A stretch of DNA of 64,000 nucleotides, taken from assembly GCF_963921235.1 (NCBI RefSeq), contig NC_086108.1, positions 60,142,001-60,206,000 of the forward strand, in the 5' to 3' direction. Position 1 is the stretch's first letter. Each line of letters opens with the position of its first letter. Shown in pieces: positions 50,561 to 63,575 of this stretch. The notes beneath the pieces are model-generated. The model saw only the letters and a list, made by a program, of their open reading frames with translations. It was not told where the DNA came from and did no database searches. Source of the stretch: Mobula hypostoma. Lineage: Eukaryota. Made by a program: the position numbers and the translations under genes.

Positions 50561-52229
50561 GTCTGAGCTGTCATCGTTCCTTTAAGTAAAATATTTGTCA
50601 AGCATGCAGTAAAGTCATCTAAAAATGAAGAGCTGCTGAAGAGGTTTGCAAATTATAAAAGCTTGCTCAGAAATCTGTATTTTAACTACTTATGACACAT
50701 TTACATCAATTGTTGTGCAAATGTTTCTGTTAATGAGCTCATTTAGGAAATTTAAATGTTTACCCTTGTTTTCATTTCCTCCATGATTATGCTTTACAAC
50801 TCATCTGGGCTCCTCCAATTAAAGCTATTTGTTCAACCTAAGATTTAATTACTCGCCCTTTGCCAGTGGTACATTCACCTCTCCCTCTCTCAAAACTTTA
50901 CACCTCTCTGCTGCTAACTGCTTCGTCTCAAACAGAGCTTTTGACTCATGGTCCCTGTGTGGCTCACAGTCCATTTTGTTTATTAAGACCTCCACAACAT
51001 TTTAACTTAAAATAGAAAATAATTAAAATGAGGAGGAAAGATCATATTAATTAATTGTTTCTTCACAGCTGCTTTCCAGGCTGCTGAATATTCTTAGTAT
51101 TTTCTGTTTTATTTCAGATTTCCAGCATCTGGTATTTTGCTTCTGTGACATTGAGTTATCTTATAAACACTCTGCATAAGCATGTACATTAGAACTGTCA
51201 ATCAAACCTGTGCATTAAACCCAATTTGAATTCATTGATATGTGAAGAATATGTTTTTTCTTTTTTTTATTCAATTTATTCCATGAAACCAGCTTTGTTT
51301 GTCAGTGACCCAAAGAAGGAACCCCAGGGATGCACAGTAAGGTCAAGATAATATGGCAATTGCTGCCTGATTTTGGATCATGGTCTGGATTGCAAAATTT
51401 AATTTTTGTTTTATTTTAAAATTTCCAGAGATGGTTAGGGAAGCAGAGCTGGGGTCTGGGGCACATAGGGATCAAGGATCACACGCAGGCTGGATTTGGT
51501 CCTCGAGAGACTGTTATGCATTTTCCCTGCTGAAGCACACGATTAACAGATGAATTAATAGAACCATCCTTAAGGTTTAAGAAAAAAGATCAGACATGCT
51601 CTAGAAAATTACAAGTTAGCCAGGAAGGATCTGAAGAATGGGCTTACAAGAGCTAGAAGTGAACCTGAGAAGGCCTTTACGAATAGGATTAAGAAAAACC
51701 CAAAGGTGTTCTACACGTACATGAAGAACAGAGGAATGACTAGGACCAATCAAGAATACAAGAGGAAACACATGCTTGGAGTCAGAGAAGTAGGGGAGGT
51801 CCTTAATTAATAATTCACTTCAGTATTCGCCTGTGAGAGAGACCTTGACAAATATGAGGTCAGTGTAGAACATGCTAATAGACTGGAACATGTTGAGCTT
51901 AAGGAAGAGGATGTGGTAGAACTTTCACAAAGGTTGGTGGAGTTGTGGAGAGTGTAGAAAGTTCCCATAGATTAGAAGAAGACATTGACAGGATGCAGAG
52001 ATAAGCCAAGAAATCACAGATGGAATTCAATCTTAAAAAGTGTGAAGTTGTACACTTTGGAAGGTCAAATTTGAAAGCAAATTACAGGGTTAACAACAGA
52101 ATTCTCAGCAGTGTGGAGGAACAGAGAAATCTTGGGGTCTACTTCCATACATCCTTCAAAGCTGATGCACAAGTTCATAGGTGGTTAAGAAGGTGTATGG
52201 TGCATTAGTCTTCATTCTTCTTTTTATTG

Positions 52230-52480
52230 AGATACAGCACAAAACAGGCCCTTCTGACCCTTCAAGCCACTCCACCCAGCAACTCCTGAGTTAACCCTAA
52301 CCTAATCACGGGACAATTTACAATGACCAATTTAACCTATTAACCGGTACATCTTTGGAATTTCGGAGGAAACTGGAGCACCCAGAGGAAACCCAGGAGA
52401 AACTCCTTACAGGCAATGGTGGGAGTTAAACCTGGGGTGCCTGAACTGTAAAGTATTGTGCTAACCACTGCAATACTACG
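52230..52480 (-). mobile_element. tRNA-derived SINE, same family as 10765-11035
   Basis: Shared 'cctaatcacgggacaatttacaatgaccaatt', 'ggaggaaactggagcacccagaggaaaccca'. Confidence 0.78.
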
Positions 52481-52529
52481 CCATCTCAAGTATTCAGGGG
52501 ATTGAGCTCAGGATTGCAAAGTAATGTTC

Positions 52530-53290
52530 AAAGTCCAGGTTCAAAGTTCAAATTAAGTTATTATCAAAGTACATATATGTTACCATATACAACCCTGAGA
52601 TTCATTTTTTTTCTTGTGGGCATACACAGTAAATCCAAGAAACACAATAGATTCAATGAAAGACCGCACCCAACAGGACGGACAAATAACCAATGTGCAA
52701 AAGACAACAAACTGTGCAAATACAAAAACAAAATAATAATAAATAAATATGCGATAAATATCAAAATCATGAGAGGAAGACTCCTTGAAAGTGAGCCCAT
52801 AAGTTGTGGGAAGAGCCCAGTGATGGGGCAAGAGAAGTAGAGTGAAGTTATCCCCCTCTGGTTCAAGAGCCTGATAGTTGAAGGGTATTAACTGTTTCTG
52901 AACCTGGTGGAGTGGGTTCTGAGGCTCCTGTACATTCTTCCTGAGAGTGCATGTCCTGGGTGGTGAGCATCCTTAATCATGGATGCTACTTTGCTGCAAC
53001 AGTGCTCCGTGCAGATGTGCTCGGTGGTTTGGAGGGCTTTACCCCATGATGGAATGAGTTATATCTATTACTTTCCATAGGATTTTCCATTCAAGGACAT
53101 TGGTGTTTCCATACTAAGCCGTGATGCAACCAATCAATATACTGTCCATCACACATGTATAGAAGTTCATCAAAGTTTTAGATGTTGTGTCGATTCTTTG
53201 CAAACTTCTAAGGAAGTAGATGTGCTGCTGTGCTTTTTTTTCATAATTGCACTTATGTGCTGGGTCCTCTGAAATAATAACTCCAAGGAA
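52530..53290 (-). mobile_element. Rex1/Babar LINE 3' fragment
   Basis: Tail 'ttcaaagttcaaatt..ttattatcaaagtacat'; antisense 'SMIKDAHHPGHA'. Confidence 0.8.
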
Positions 53291-53600
53291 ATATCATCTC
53301 TGCAAAACTCTACTGAGAACAAACTCAGAGTATTGTGTTCATTTCTGATCTCGTCATTGTGGAAAGGATGTAAAAGTTTTAATGAGGATGCAAAGGAGAT
53401 TTACCAGGCTGCTGCCTGGATTAGCGTGCATGTCTTATGTGGATAGGCTGGACAAGCTAGGGCTTTCTCTTTGGAGCGAAGGAGGATGAAATGTGATTGA
53501 TAGAGTATTTAAGATGATAATAGGCATAGTTGAATTGGACAGCCAAGAGACTTTTTTCCCAGAGCAGAAATAGCTAATATGAGGAGGCATAATTAGATGG

Positions 53601-54190
53601 ATAGATTATGAAGACACACAATCCTCTTTTATTGTCATTTAGTAATACATGCATTAAGAAATGATACAATATTTCCTCCGGTGGGATATCACAAAACACA
53701 GGACAGACCAAGACTGAAAAAACTGACAAAACCACATAATTATAACATATAGTTACAAACAGTGCAACAATACCATAACTTGATGAAGAAGTCCATGAAC
53801 ACAGTAAAAGTTCAAAGTCTCTCAAATGTCCCACATCTCACGCAGCCAGGAAAAGGAAGAAAAACTCTCCCTGCCATACCCAACCACAATCCGACTCTGA
53901 GTCATCCGAAAACTTCGAGCTCTGATCAGCTTTCCGACACCAGGTACTGAGCGCCATCTCTATCCGAACGATACGATCTCCACCTTGGTCGCCAACAGCA
54001 GGCAAAGTCAGGGATTTTGAGGCCTTCCCTCCGAAAGATTCCCGACTGCGCAGTAACGACAGCAGCGAACGAGCGTTTCAGAAATTTTCCAGATGTTCCT
54101 CTGTGCTTTCACGTCCATCTCCATCAAATCAGAATTGTCCACGGCCCCTATTTAACGGATACGATTTCATTTTTCACTGGAGGGCTGGGC
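53601..54190 (-). mobile_element. Non-autonomous LINE-derived element, copy 3 (more divergent)
   Basis: Same terminal blocks as 31121 and 46229 ('attgtcatttagtaatacatgcattaa', 'aaaaccacataattataacatatagttaca'). Confidence 0.82.
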
Positions 54191-54504
54191 CATTAGATGC
54201 TAGTGGAGATATCAGAGATAAGAGTACATACAGAGTGGAAGGTGCATGGAATGCACTGCCAGGGGTGGTAGTAAAGGCAGACTCATTAGGGACACTTAAG
54301 CGACTCTTAGATTGGCACATGGATGAAAGAAAAATGGAGAGCTATGTGAGAGTGGTTAGATTTATCTTAGAGTAAGTTTGAAAGGATCAACACAAGACAC
54401 TTGAGCTGACACTAGGCTGATATTCCAGTACAGTACTGAGGGAGAGGTATACCAAGTTGCTATCTTATGAAGACATTTAACTGAACAAATTAGATTAGCA
54501 CTCC

Positions 54505-54950
54505 AACGTGTGGTGAAAACTGCCCAGCAGACTATCGGCACCCAATTGCCCACCTTTGAGAACATCTACCATAAATGCTGCCTGGGCAGGGCGAAAAGCA
54601 TTATCAAGGATGCATCTCACCCTAACCATGGACTTTTTACTCTCCTCCCATCTGGTAGGCGGTACAGAAGCCTCCACTCCTGCACCAGTAGGCTCAGGAA
54701 GAGTTTCTTCCCTGTGGCTGTGATCCTGCTGAACCTCACATCACAGCGCTAAGTAGTATTGCACCCACATTTTACTGTCTCAGAACTTTCATACTTGTGT
54801 GCTGTAGCACTTACTTTTTATTCGCAGTTATTTTGTAATTAACACTATTCTTTGCATTTCTGGTTAGATGCTAACTGCATTTCATTGGCTTTGTCTCTGT
54901 ACTTGGCACAATGACAATAAAGTTGAATCTAATCTAATCTAATCTAATCT
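54505..54950 (+). mobile_element. Rex1/Babar LINE 3' end with (taatc)n tail
   Basis: 'SIIKDASHPNHGLFTLLPSGRRYRS..RLRKSFFP'; 'gacaataaagttgaatctaatctaatct'. Confidence 0.9.
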
Positions 54951-56259
54951 CCTCTCTCAGATGGGCTGTAAAAGATTTCATTGCACTCAACAACAGAGAA
55001 ATTATCCTTCATGTCTTGAGCATATTCATCTCCCAAAACAGCATCACTAAAACAAACAGATTAATTGGTTATTATCACATTGCTTTTTGTGAGATCTTAC
55101 CGTATGTGTATTGGTTGAGAAATTCCCATGTTAAAACAACATCTGAATTTCAAAAATACTCCAATGCCTTGGGATGACGGTGAGGCCATGAAAGGTATAC
55201 ATAATTGCAACACATTTTAAAGGTGTATAAGTCATACTGAAATGATTATCAATGCACTTTCACTTGTGATGATATAACCATTGCACACGACATAGATAAA
55301 TTGTAATAACAGTTTCCAGCATTCTCTCAGGATATATTACAATTCTTTATTATAAATTGGAAAAGTCCATTTTTTAATTATAGGTTTCACTTAATTATTA
55401 CTTTTTTGGTAGAGGGTGTTCTGAATCAAATTCTTGTCAATAATTGCTCAAATTATTGTATAATCAAATCCACGCATATGCAAATTAAAATGCAAAACAT
55501 ATTCATATATACATTTTCAAAATCCCAATTCCACTACCTCTGTTCGTTTAATTGCATTCAAGTCTATTTGAATGCAAATTAGATACATATTCTCGATGTT
55601 TATAGGGGGAAAAGTCAAATTTGCATGCATTTCATAGGCAGTGACCATTTATATGCTAGTCAAGTGGTTTAAAAGCTGGGTCACTATATTACTTGAAATG
55701 CAACTGTAACAAATTACAGTCGTTCTTATTTGATACTTAGAAATAAACCCAGGTTATGAAAAATCCATGACTGTATAACAAAGATTGAAGGCAGATAATC
55801 ATTTTTCATTCCTAGATTATTAATAGCATGACTCAAACCTGCAGCCGTTTGATGAGGGCTAAGCTTTTTGCAGAACCTTGATTATTGACCATCTTAGCCC
55901 AAAACTTAATGTACATAAGACATAAAAAATGGCAAAAGTATGCATCAAAAACACATTTCATTTATCTTTAAAAATGCTGATTGCCTTGCAATGCTTCTCC
56001 GTTATTCTCTTTCTACTTGCTGCATTTTATATTTAGCTGATCTAATTGATGTCAACAGATTTTTCCAGATCTTTTCAGTATTTGAAGAACTGTAGAGATA
56101 ATAAGGGTTGAACTCTTTGACAGACCAGCATTTATTTATAACCTGTTTGCACAAATTAAAGCAAAGTGTCCTTTTACTCTCCTGATAATACTACACAAAA
56201 TGTATATGGTTCCATCGGTAGGATATCACAGTCACAAGCTCTTGGATTCAATCCAACAA

Positions 56260-56432
56260 TGGTGTAGATTTTGATGGAACAGGTGAGAGAATACGAGCTG
56301 TTCCTGTTCCCCAGGGACAGAAGAGGTGGGAGGATACATGCAGCTTGCCTGCAGGCAGCTGCTGGCCGATATATACGCCTCCACATCACTCCCACAACAT
56401 GATAAACGCATGAACGCTTCAATGACCAAACT
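56260..56432 (+). pseudogene. Possible Myb/SANT-like (Harbinger) relic
   Basis: 'ILMEQVREYELFLFPRDRR' and downstream 'RFND'. Confidence 0.35.
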
Positions 56433-56939
56433 CAGATACCGATATAATATTTTTCCTCTCTGAGTTTTTACAGACCATGTTCCCTAACTCAACTTAAATA
56501 TGAGTATTTCCTTCCTGCTCCAACTGCTTCTTGTCCAATCACAAAAGACACAGCCATTAACTCTTCTGCGCATTCCAATGTGCTCAATTACTTCTGTATT
56601 TATGACAGAAACTGAGAGCGTTTTGCTTTTCTTCCTGATAGTAGCTGCAAAGAATTCAGTCCCCTGCTGAATACTTTAACATTCACTTGCTTCTGAAAAT
56701 TCATTCCTGTTTCCTGTCACGTAGCACACCATATCTGCTCCTCAGAGATGACAGTCCAACGACACACTAAATCTCTTTGTTTTGTTTTGCAGATGGCCTG
56801 ACTTGCAATTACCAAAAGAGGACCAGAACCAAGGAAGGCCAATTCAGATAACAGAGGAACTAGTGGAGATCATTAGACCAGGATCATTGATTCTGATCAT
56901 GATGAAACCCAGATTCATACCCATGTCAATGGCAATAGT

Positions 56940-58950
56940 CGTCTGTGGGATGTGACCTTCTTCATAGTTGTGACTGTGTGTTGTTGCCAAGATGGACTCT
57001 CTGAGATGTTGGCACCCAAGAATTTGACGTTGCTTTCCACTGCAGACCTTTTAATGAGGACTGCTGATCGCTGATCACTGGATTCCCCTTGCTAAAGTCC
57101 ACAATCAGTTCTTGGCTTTGCTGACACTGAGCACAAGATTGCTGTTATGATACCATTCAACCTGTCCTATCTAATTCCTGTACGCCTCCTTGACACCATC
57201 CATGATTCTGCCAACAGCAATGGTGTCATTGGCAAATTTGTAGATAGTGTTCGAGCTATGTTTAGGCATACATTATAGAGATAGCAGAGAAGGGGCTAAG
57301 CCCTGAGGTGAGCCTGTGGTGATGGACAGTGAAGAAGTTGTGTATCTGATCCACATGTATTGTCATTTCCCAATGAGATAGTTGAGGATCCAATTGAAGA
57401 GGTCTAATTGCCCAGGTCTTGGAGATTGGCAGGTTTTGAGGGGATGATGTTGTTCAAAACTGAGCTATAGTCAATGAATAGCAGTTTGATATAAATGACT
57501 AATAGATAAATGTTCTGGTTGTCCAGATGGTCAGGGCAGAGTGGAGAGCCAGTGAGATAGCACCTGCTACACCATTGTTGTGGTGATAGGTTAATTGAAG
57601 CAGGTGCAGGATCTTGCTGAGGCAGGAGCTGACTTGAGCAATAACTAACTTCTCATAGCAATTCATTATGTTGCATGTAACTGCTACCAGACTGTAGTCG
57701 TTGAGGCAAGTCACTCTGCTCTTCTTGGGCCCCTTCACAATCAGTGCTATCTCGAAGCAGGTGAGAGACTTCAGCCCCAGAAGTGAGAGGTTGAAGATTG
57801 CTCTGAGCACATCAGCCAGTTTGTCAGCGCAAGTTTTAGCACTCCACCACGTACACCGCCAAGTCCTGAAGCCTTGTGAGGGTTCACCTTCCTGGAGAAT
57901 GTCAAGTTCTGAGACTGAGATAACAGGGTCAGCAGATGGTGTGGGGACCTGTGCAGGTGTGCCATTATTTTCCCTCTCAACAGGTACAAAAAAAGGCATT
58001 AAGCTAATCAGAGAGTGATGAGTCATTGCAATTCACATATATTAGTCATTCTCACTTCACAGGGAGTGATGATGTGTCAATTCTGCCATAGCTGTCTAGC
58101 ATCCATTTGTATCTCTAGCTTCATCCAGAATTGCCTTTTTATTCTACGATAGCCTTCTGGAGATCTTACCTGGACTTACGGCAGGTTGTTGGATTGCCAG
58201 TCCTGAATGCCACGGATCTAGCCCTCAGTAGACTACGAATCTCCTGGGTCATCCAGAGCTCCTGGCTCGGTATGTTTTTGTGAGCACGAATTGGTAATGA
58301 CCATAGTAAAATACTTACTCAGATCCGATGAGTTCCTGAATATGGTCCACACTTCTGATTCAAAGCAATCCTGTATATATCCTTCTCCCTTCCATAAGCA
58401 TACCTCTGAGCTCCCACCAGCTAGGGCTGTGCTCCTCAATTTCTCCCACCCTCCTCATCACCTCCACCAACCTAGGGAAAAGTAGACAGGATGGAGCAGT
58501 GGGAATTGGAAGGTGCAGCGGGCAGGCGGTCAGATTTCCCGAAGAGTGGGTGTGATTGTAAGTGGTGCAAAAGTGGTCAAATATGTTGGGTCCTCTGGTG
58601 TTACAGGTGTCATGCTGGGTGATGGTTCAGCAGAGGCTTCTTCAGGGCAGCTCATTAGGTGATGATGGGGAAGCCATTGTGTGCACTATTTCATGCTTAT
58701 TAATCACAATTTCCAATTCTTCCAGTGCCAGCTTGCCTGGGGTGGGACGTACACTGCAATCAGTATAACAACACAGAAGTTCCTTGGAGGGAAACCTGGA
58801 TGACACTTGCATACCAGATGTTCCAGGTCAGGGGAGCAGGACTGAAACAGAACTGCCACGTCTGAGTGGGTTCTCTTCGAGTCCAATGCATCGAGCCACA
58901 GGCTTGTCTCTTTAAAAGCCAACTACCTTCATGAATGCCAAAAGTCCTCA
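56940..58950 (-). mobile_element. Degenerate Rex1/Babar LINE
   Basis: 'KTCADKLADVLRAIFNLSL', 'PKKSRVTCLNDY', 'LIAVYVPPQA'. Confidence 0.85.
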
Positions 58951-58954
58951 TGGT

Positions 58955-59842
58955 GTGTGTGACCTCAGCACTGCAGCCACAGCTCTAACCTGCTAATTAA
59001 ATTTGCTGACGACACTACATTGATTGGCCTAATCTCAAATAATAACGAGGCAGCCTACAGAGAAGTCATCATCCTGACACAGTGGTGTCAAGAGAACAGC
59101 CTCTCCCTCAATATTGCAAAAACAAAGGAGCTGGTTGTGGACTACAGGAGGAATGGAGACAGGCTAACCCCTACTTACATCAATGGATCTGGGGTTGAGA
59201 GGGTCAACAGCTTTAAGTTTCGAGGGATACACATCACCGAGGCTCTCACATGGTCAGTACATATCAGCTGTGGGGTGAAAAAAGCACAACAGTTCCTCTT
59301 TCACCTCACATGGTTGAGGAAGTCTGGCATGGGCCCCAAATTCCTAAGGACTTTCTACAGGGGCACAATTGAGAGCATCCTGACTGGCTGCATCACTGCC
59401 TGGTATGGGAACTGTACTTCCCTCAATCGCAGGACTCTGCAAAGAGTGGTGTGGACTGCCCAGCACATCTGTAGATGTGAACTTCCCACTGTTCAGGACA
59501 TTTACAGAGACAGGTGTGTAAAAAGGGCCCGAAGGATCATTGGGGACCCGAGTCACCCCAACCACAAACTGTTCCAGCTGCTACCATCTGGGAAATGGTA
59601 CCACAGCATGAAAGCCAGGAGCAACAGACTCCAGGACAGCTTATTCCACCAGGCCATCAGACTGATTAATTCACGCTGACACAATTGTATTTCCATGCTA
59701 TATTGACTGTCCTGTTGTATATACTATTTATTACAAATTACCATAAATTGCACATTGCTCATTTAGACGGAGAATAACGTAAAGATTTTTACACCTCGGG
59801 TATGTAATGGAAGTAAGAAATAAAGTCCATTGAATTCAGTTC
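58955..59842 (+). mobile_element. 5'-truncated Rex1/Babar LINE
   Basis: 'KFADDTTLIGLI', 'KTKELVVDYRR', 'FYRGTIESILTGCITAWYG', 'HPNHKLFQLLPSG'; tail 'aataaagtccattgaattca'. Confidence 0.92.
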
Positions 59843-59974
59843 AGCTCTCCTGACAGCTACATTGATAATTCAGTTTTGTAAACTACCATCCTCTTTGTCC
59901 CACACATAATCAGGCAGAAAATGCTGGTAAAATTCGGCAAGTCCAGTCGTATCTGTGGTCAGAGAAGGTCAAAT

Positions 59975-60480
59975 GATACAGTGGCACGGCTAATAGAGCT
60001 GGTGTGGCGACCCACTTTCTGGCACACACGAACCGGCTCACAACAGCGCGCGTAGGCAGAGGGCCGGCAGCAAAAAGGGCGCCAGGCCATCTTCACCAGC
60101 AGGGGGAAAATCCCGCGCGCAGAAAGGGTCTGGGAATATACATTCCCCACAGTAGTCCTGCCCAGGGAGGGCGGGAACGGGAAGGCTTTAAAGCAGGCCG
60201 CGAAGTTTGAATAAATCTCTTTCATCGCAACTCTAACTCACCGACTCCGTGTGGTTATTCTAGCGCTGTGTGTAGCACATCGCCACACTGGTTCCTCAAA
60301 GCTTCTGTGACCCGGGTTCAATCCTGCCCTCTGTTTTCATCCGGGTGGAGGTTGCTCATTTTCCCTGTGTAGGTGAGTGGTTACACTTGGGTTGAGTTGA
60401 TGGGATGTGGGAAGAATGAAAATAGGATTAGTGATAATGTGGGCTTGATGGTGGGTTTGGAATGCTTCTGTGCTGTTTTT
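59975..60480 (+). mobile_element. Degenerate tRNA-derived SINE split by a solo LTR
   Basis: A-box-like 'gtggcacggctaatag' before the LTR; B-box 'ggttcaatcc' and 'gtggaggttgctcattttccctgtg' after it. Confidence 0.65.
60003..60287 (+). mobile_element. Young solo LTR (285 bp)
   Basis: 8-bp inverted termini tgtggcga/tcgccaca; perfect TSD ctgg (59999-60002, 60288-60291); 'tttaaa' and AATAAA; CpG-rich. Confidence 0.92.
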
Positions 60481-60735
60481 CATCAGAAGTAGTTGCTTTG
60501 TGTACATGATTCAGCCATTCACAATGAATCCACACTTTTTACAGCATCTTGCTAAGACCAGATACCAGATACATGGCTGGGAAAGCTGTTTTTGAAGCAG
60601 ACATTTACATTTCTAAAGCAGTGTATCTGGTGGTTTTCTTCAAAACAGCCCATATAATGGTGTATTTCTGTAAGCTGCCTGATTTTGCCTTGGAAGAGGA
60701 TGACACAATTAGCTGTCAATGGCAGCAGTCATCTG

Positions 60736-62665
60736 TGGGATGAGAGAATCAACATTGATGACAATGGGCGCAAAGAAACAGGAAGCCTCCAACTTCTGCC
60801 TGCAACCAGAGCTCTTTGTCAGCAGCTCATTCAAGAGTATGTCAGGTGATCAATCTTTGTTCCCCGGTATTAACTGTCCACAGTCTCTCTCAGCTCTTGC
60901 AGTGTTCTGCCAGTTACATCTGTCAAAAGGCCACCACTGCCGTCCAAGTTGTCATTGTGGAGTCACTATAGACTCTCAGAAAAAAAAAACAGCACAAAGT
61001 ATTTCAGAAAGTTTTATAATTGTATTCTTTCTTAAAAGCCTACACACTGATTAGCTCCTGAATGTCAGCCTATGGTGTCTGCCTTAATCTATCTCTTTAC
61101 CTACACCTCTGTTCATTCAAAATGCACTGGCCGTGACTTCAGCTTGAGCAGTGAAAGGCTGCCGATGTTCAGGTGAGAGTTTCTGAGGTGCCAGGTGTGG
61201 CTCTGGAAGCTCAGGTTTCATGGCAGCATTTGTGTTTGAAGGTGGAGTCATGCCACCCTTCTGAAAGAGAACACAGATTACTGAGCATATACCACTGTCT
61301 TTCCCACACACCTCATCACCCTCACTAATTAGGGGATAGTAGACAGGATGGATCTGCTTCCACTCTGTAATCTCCCTTTTGGATTTGAGCTTTTAAACCA
61401 CCTGACAACCTTGAATTCTTGCGGTGTGAACTGAAGTCTCACAAGTGCAGGGTGGTTGCAGCACGGTGTGTATGGTCTGAATCGAGGCAGCGGGGCTTGG
61501 GCCCAAGAGCTGGAGACAGCCGAGCTTTGACAAATTTAAGTGCCGGGTCCAACTGGAAAGGTCCAGTATTGGGGGAATTGAGGCAGAGGGGCTTGGGCCT
61601 GAGAGCGTATCGACGTGGCAGGGCCTGAGTCCAAGAGTGTGGCACGACCCGCTGTTTGGCTGGTTTAAGCACTGGGTCAGATTGAAAGAATGAGGTGGGG
61701 GACAGGCTGGTGTTCAGCTCATTGCTTGGCAAGGTTTACTAATCTCTGCGCTGAACTGAGGCTGTGGCCTCCACTAAAGGGTGCTTGGATTGGCTGTGAC
61801 TGTCTTTAAGGCTGTGGACTCACTTCTGTAGACTTCAGTTCTGAATGTTACTTGTTTTTTTATTGTTTGCATGGTTTGCTCCTTTTTCTGCACACTGGGT
61901 GTTTGATGGTCTTTTTTTAATGGGCTCTATTGGTTTCTTTGTTTTATGGCTGCCTGGAAGGAGATGGTTCTCAAAGCTGTATATAGTATACATACTTTGA
62001 TAATATCTGCACTTTGAAGTCTCCAATCAATGACTTTCTCAAATCTTTCAATGCCAGAACAGATGGAGAGGCCCAAGTCCTGTTCGAGCTTTGATCAAAG
62101 CTGTAAGAGAGAGGTGTGGCATCCATGAAGGTGACCTTGCACACCATGATAGACAGCAGCTTGCTGAAATCTTACATCAGTGGACACACAATCCATGAAA
62201 AACCTGCTCTGCACCCCAACAAAGACGGCTTGTTTCAACTCAACAGAGATGAAATTGTCTTGAAAGTAGTATTTTTTTTCAATTTAAGCTGGTCTTTAAA
62301 GTTGGCATTTCTGATCTGGCATTTCTAAAGCGGGCATTCTGATCCCAGGGCTATTTTTCACTTGTTTATTCACCAAATACAGAACTGTCCAATATGCTTA
62401 CAAGCCCTCAATCTGCCCATTTAGATCATTCTTGCAGAGAGGCTATGGGTATGAGAATTTGGCAGGATTCTCCTTGAACAGATGTAACTGGCTGAACACT
62501 ACAAGAGCTGAGAGAGACTGTGGACAGTCAAAACCGGGGAACAAAGATTGATCACCTGACATACTCTTGAATGAGCTGCTGACAAAGAGCTCTGGTTGCA
62601 GGCAGATGTTGGAGGCTTCCTGTTTCTTTGCGCCCATTGTCATCAATGTCAATTCTCACATCCCA
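60736..62665. repeat. Local inverted duplication, arms 60736-60923 and 62478-62665
   Basis: ORFs 60719(+) and 62443(-) share 'TLMTMGAKKQEASN.CLQPELFVSSSFKSMSGDQSLFPG'; DNA arms differ at only a few sites. Confidence 0.95.
61420..62020 (+). mobile_element. Non-autonomous Rex1-type element
   Basis: Internal repeat 'gaggcag.ggggcttgggcc..agag' twice; 3' end 'gtatacatactttgataata' matches the Rex1 tail near 52560. Confidence 0.6.
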
Positions 62666-63575
62666 GTCGCAACTATGAAGATGGTGTGCTAGCATCATTA
62701 ACTTTCTGAAAAGTTTAATGAGATTTGGCATGACATCAAAGATTCTGAAAAGCTTTTGATAAACTGTTACAGATGTACAGTGGGAGGCATTCTGACTGCT
62801 GCATCACGGACTGATATGAAAACTCCAATGCAGAGATTTACAAGCCTGAAAAGATATGGTTCAGGTGAAATAGCAAGATATTCTACCCCAGAAATATTGA
62901 TTTGGGTGAGAAAAAAGAAGTGGAAAAGCAAAATTTCAAAGACAGTGTGAATTGCAGTGACAGACATAAAATTCATAGAGGACCAGTGGAATCCCCATGG
63001 TCATGCATTAGTGCAGTGGCATTTAACTCACCTTTTAGCGGAAGAGTTATGGAATGGAAAATAATAATTGAGTATTCAGAGTGCTCACAACACAAATATT
63101 TGTCTCATACATTTATCATATGATTCCAGAGACCCCTGACATTTATAGATAACAGATTTTTCATCATTCTAAAAATAGACATGATTACACAAATCAGGTT
63201 GATCCGGTGTTTATAAGAAATTGAAATGCAAGAAATTTAATTTTCAATCCAATGAATTTTTTTTTGGGGTCAGTGGCTTCAGACTGATGAGTCTTCTAAA
63301 GCAATTGGCAATGCAACTTCAGCTGTCAATTAGACAAAGATGCAATCAGATTAAAAAGATGCGATTTTAAATTAACTAATAATATCACGATAAAGCTCAC
63401 AAAATAACAACATTAAGGAGATGAAATTGGAATTATTTATATGATACATTTGATTCAAATCTTGCATCTGACATTTACTGTTGCTGAGGCTTCAATTATA
63501 AGAAAAGCAGAACCAGGTTTCTAGGATATTTACAGGTAGCACCCGAAACAATTATTTTTATGTTGGAGATCTTAC

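Larger units (their letters stand above)
51540..54400 (+). mobile_element. Fragmented CR1 LINE hosting three insertions
   Basis: 'MEFNLKKCEVVHFGRSN', 'RFTRLLPGL', 'AWNALPGVVVKAD'; split by a SINE, a Rex1 fragment and a non-autonomous element. Confidence 0.82.
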
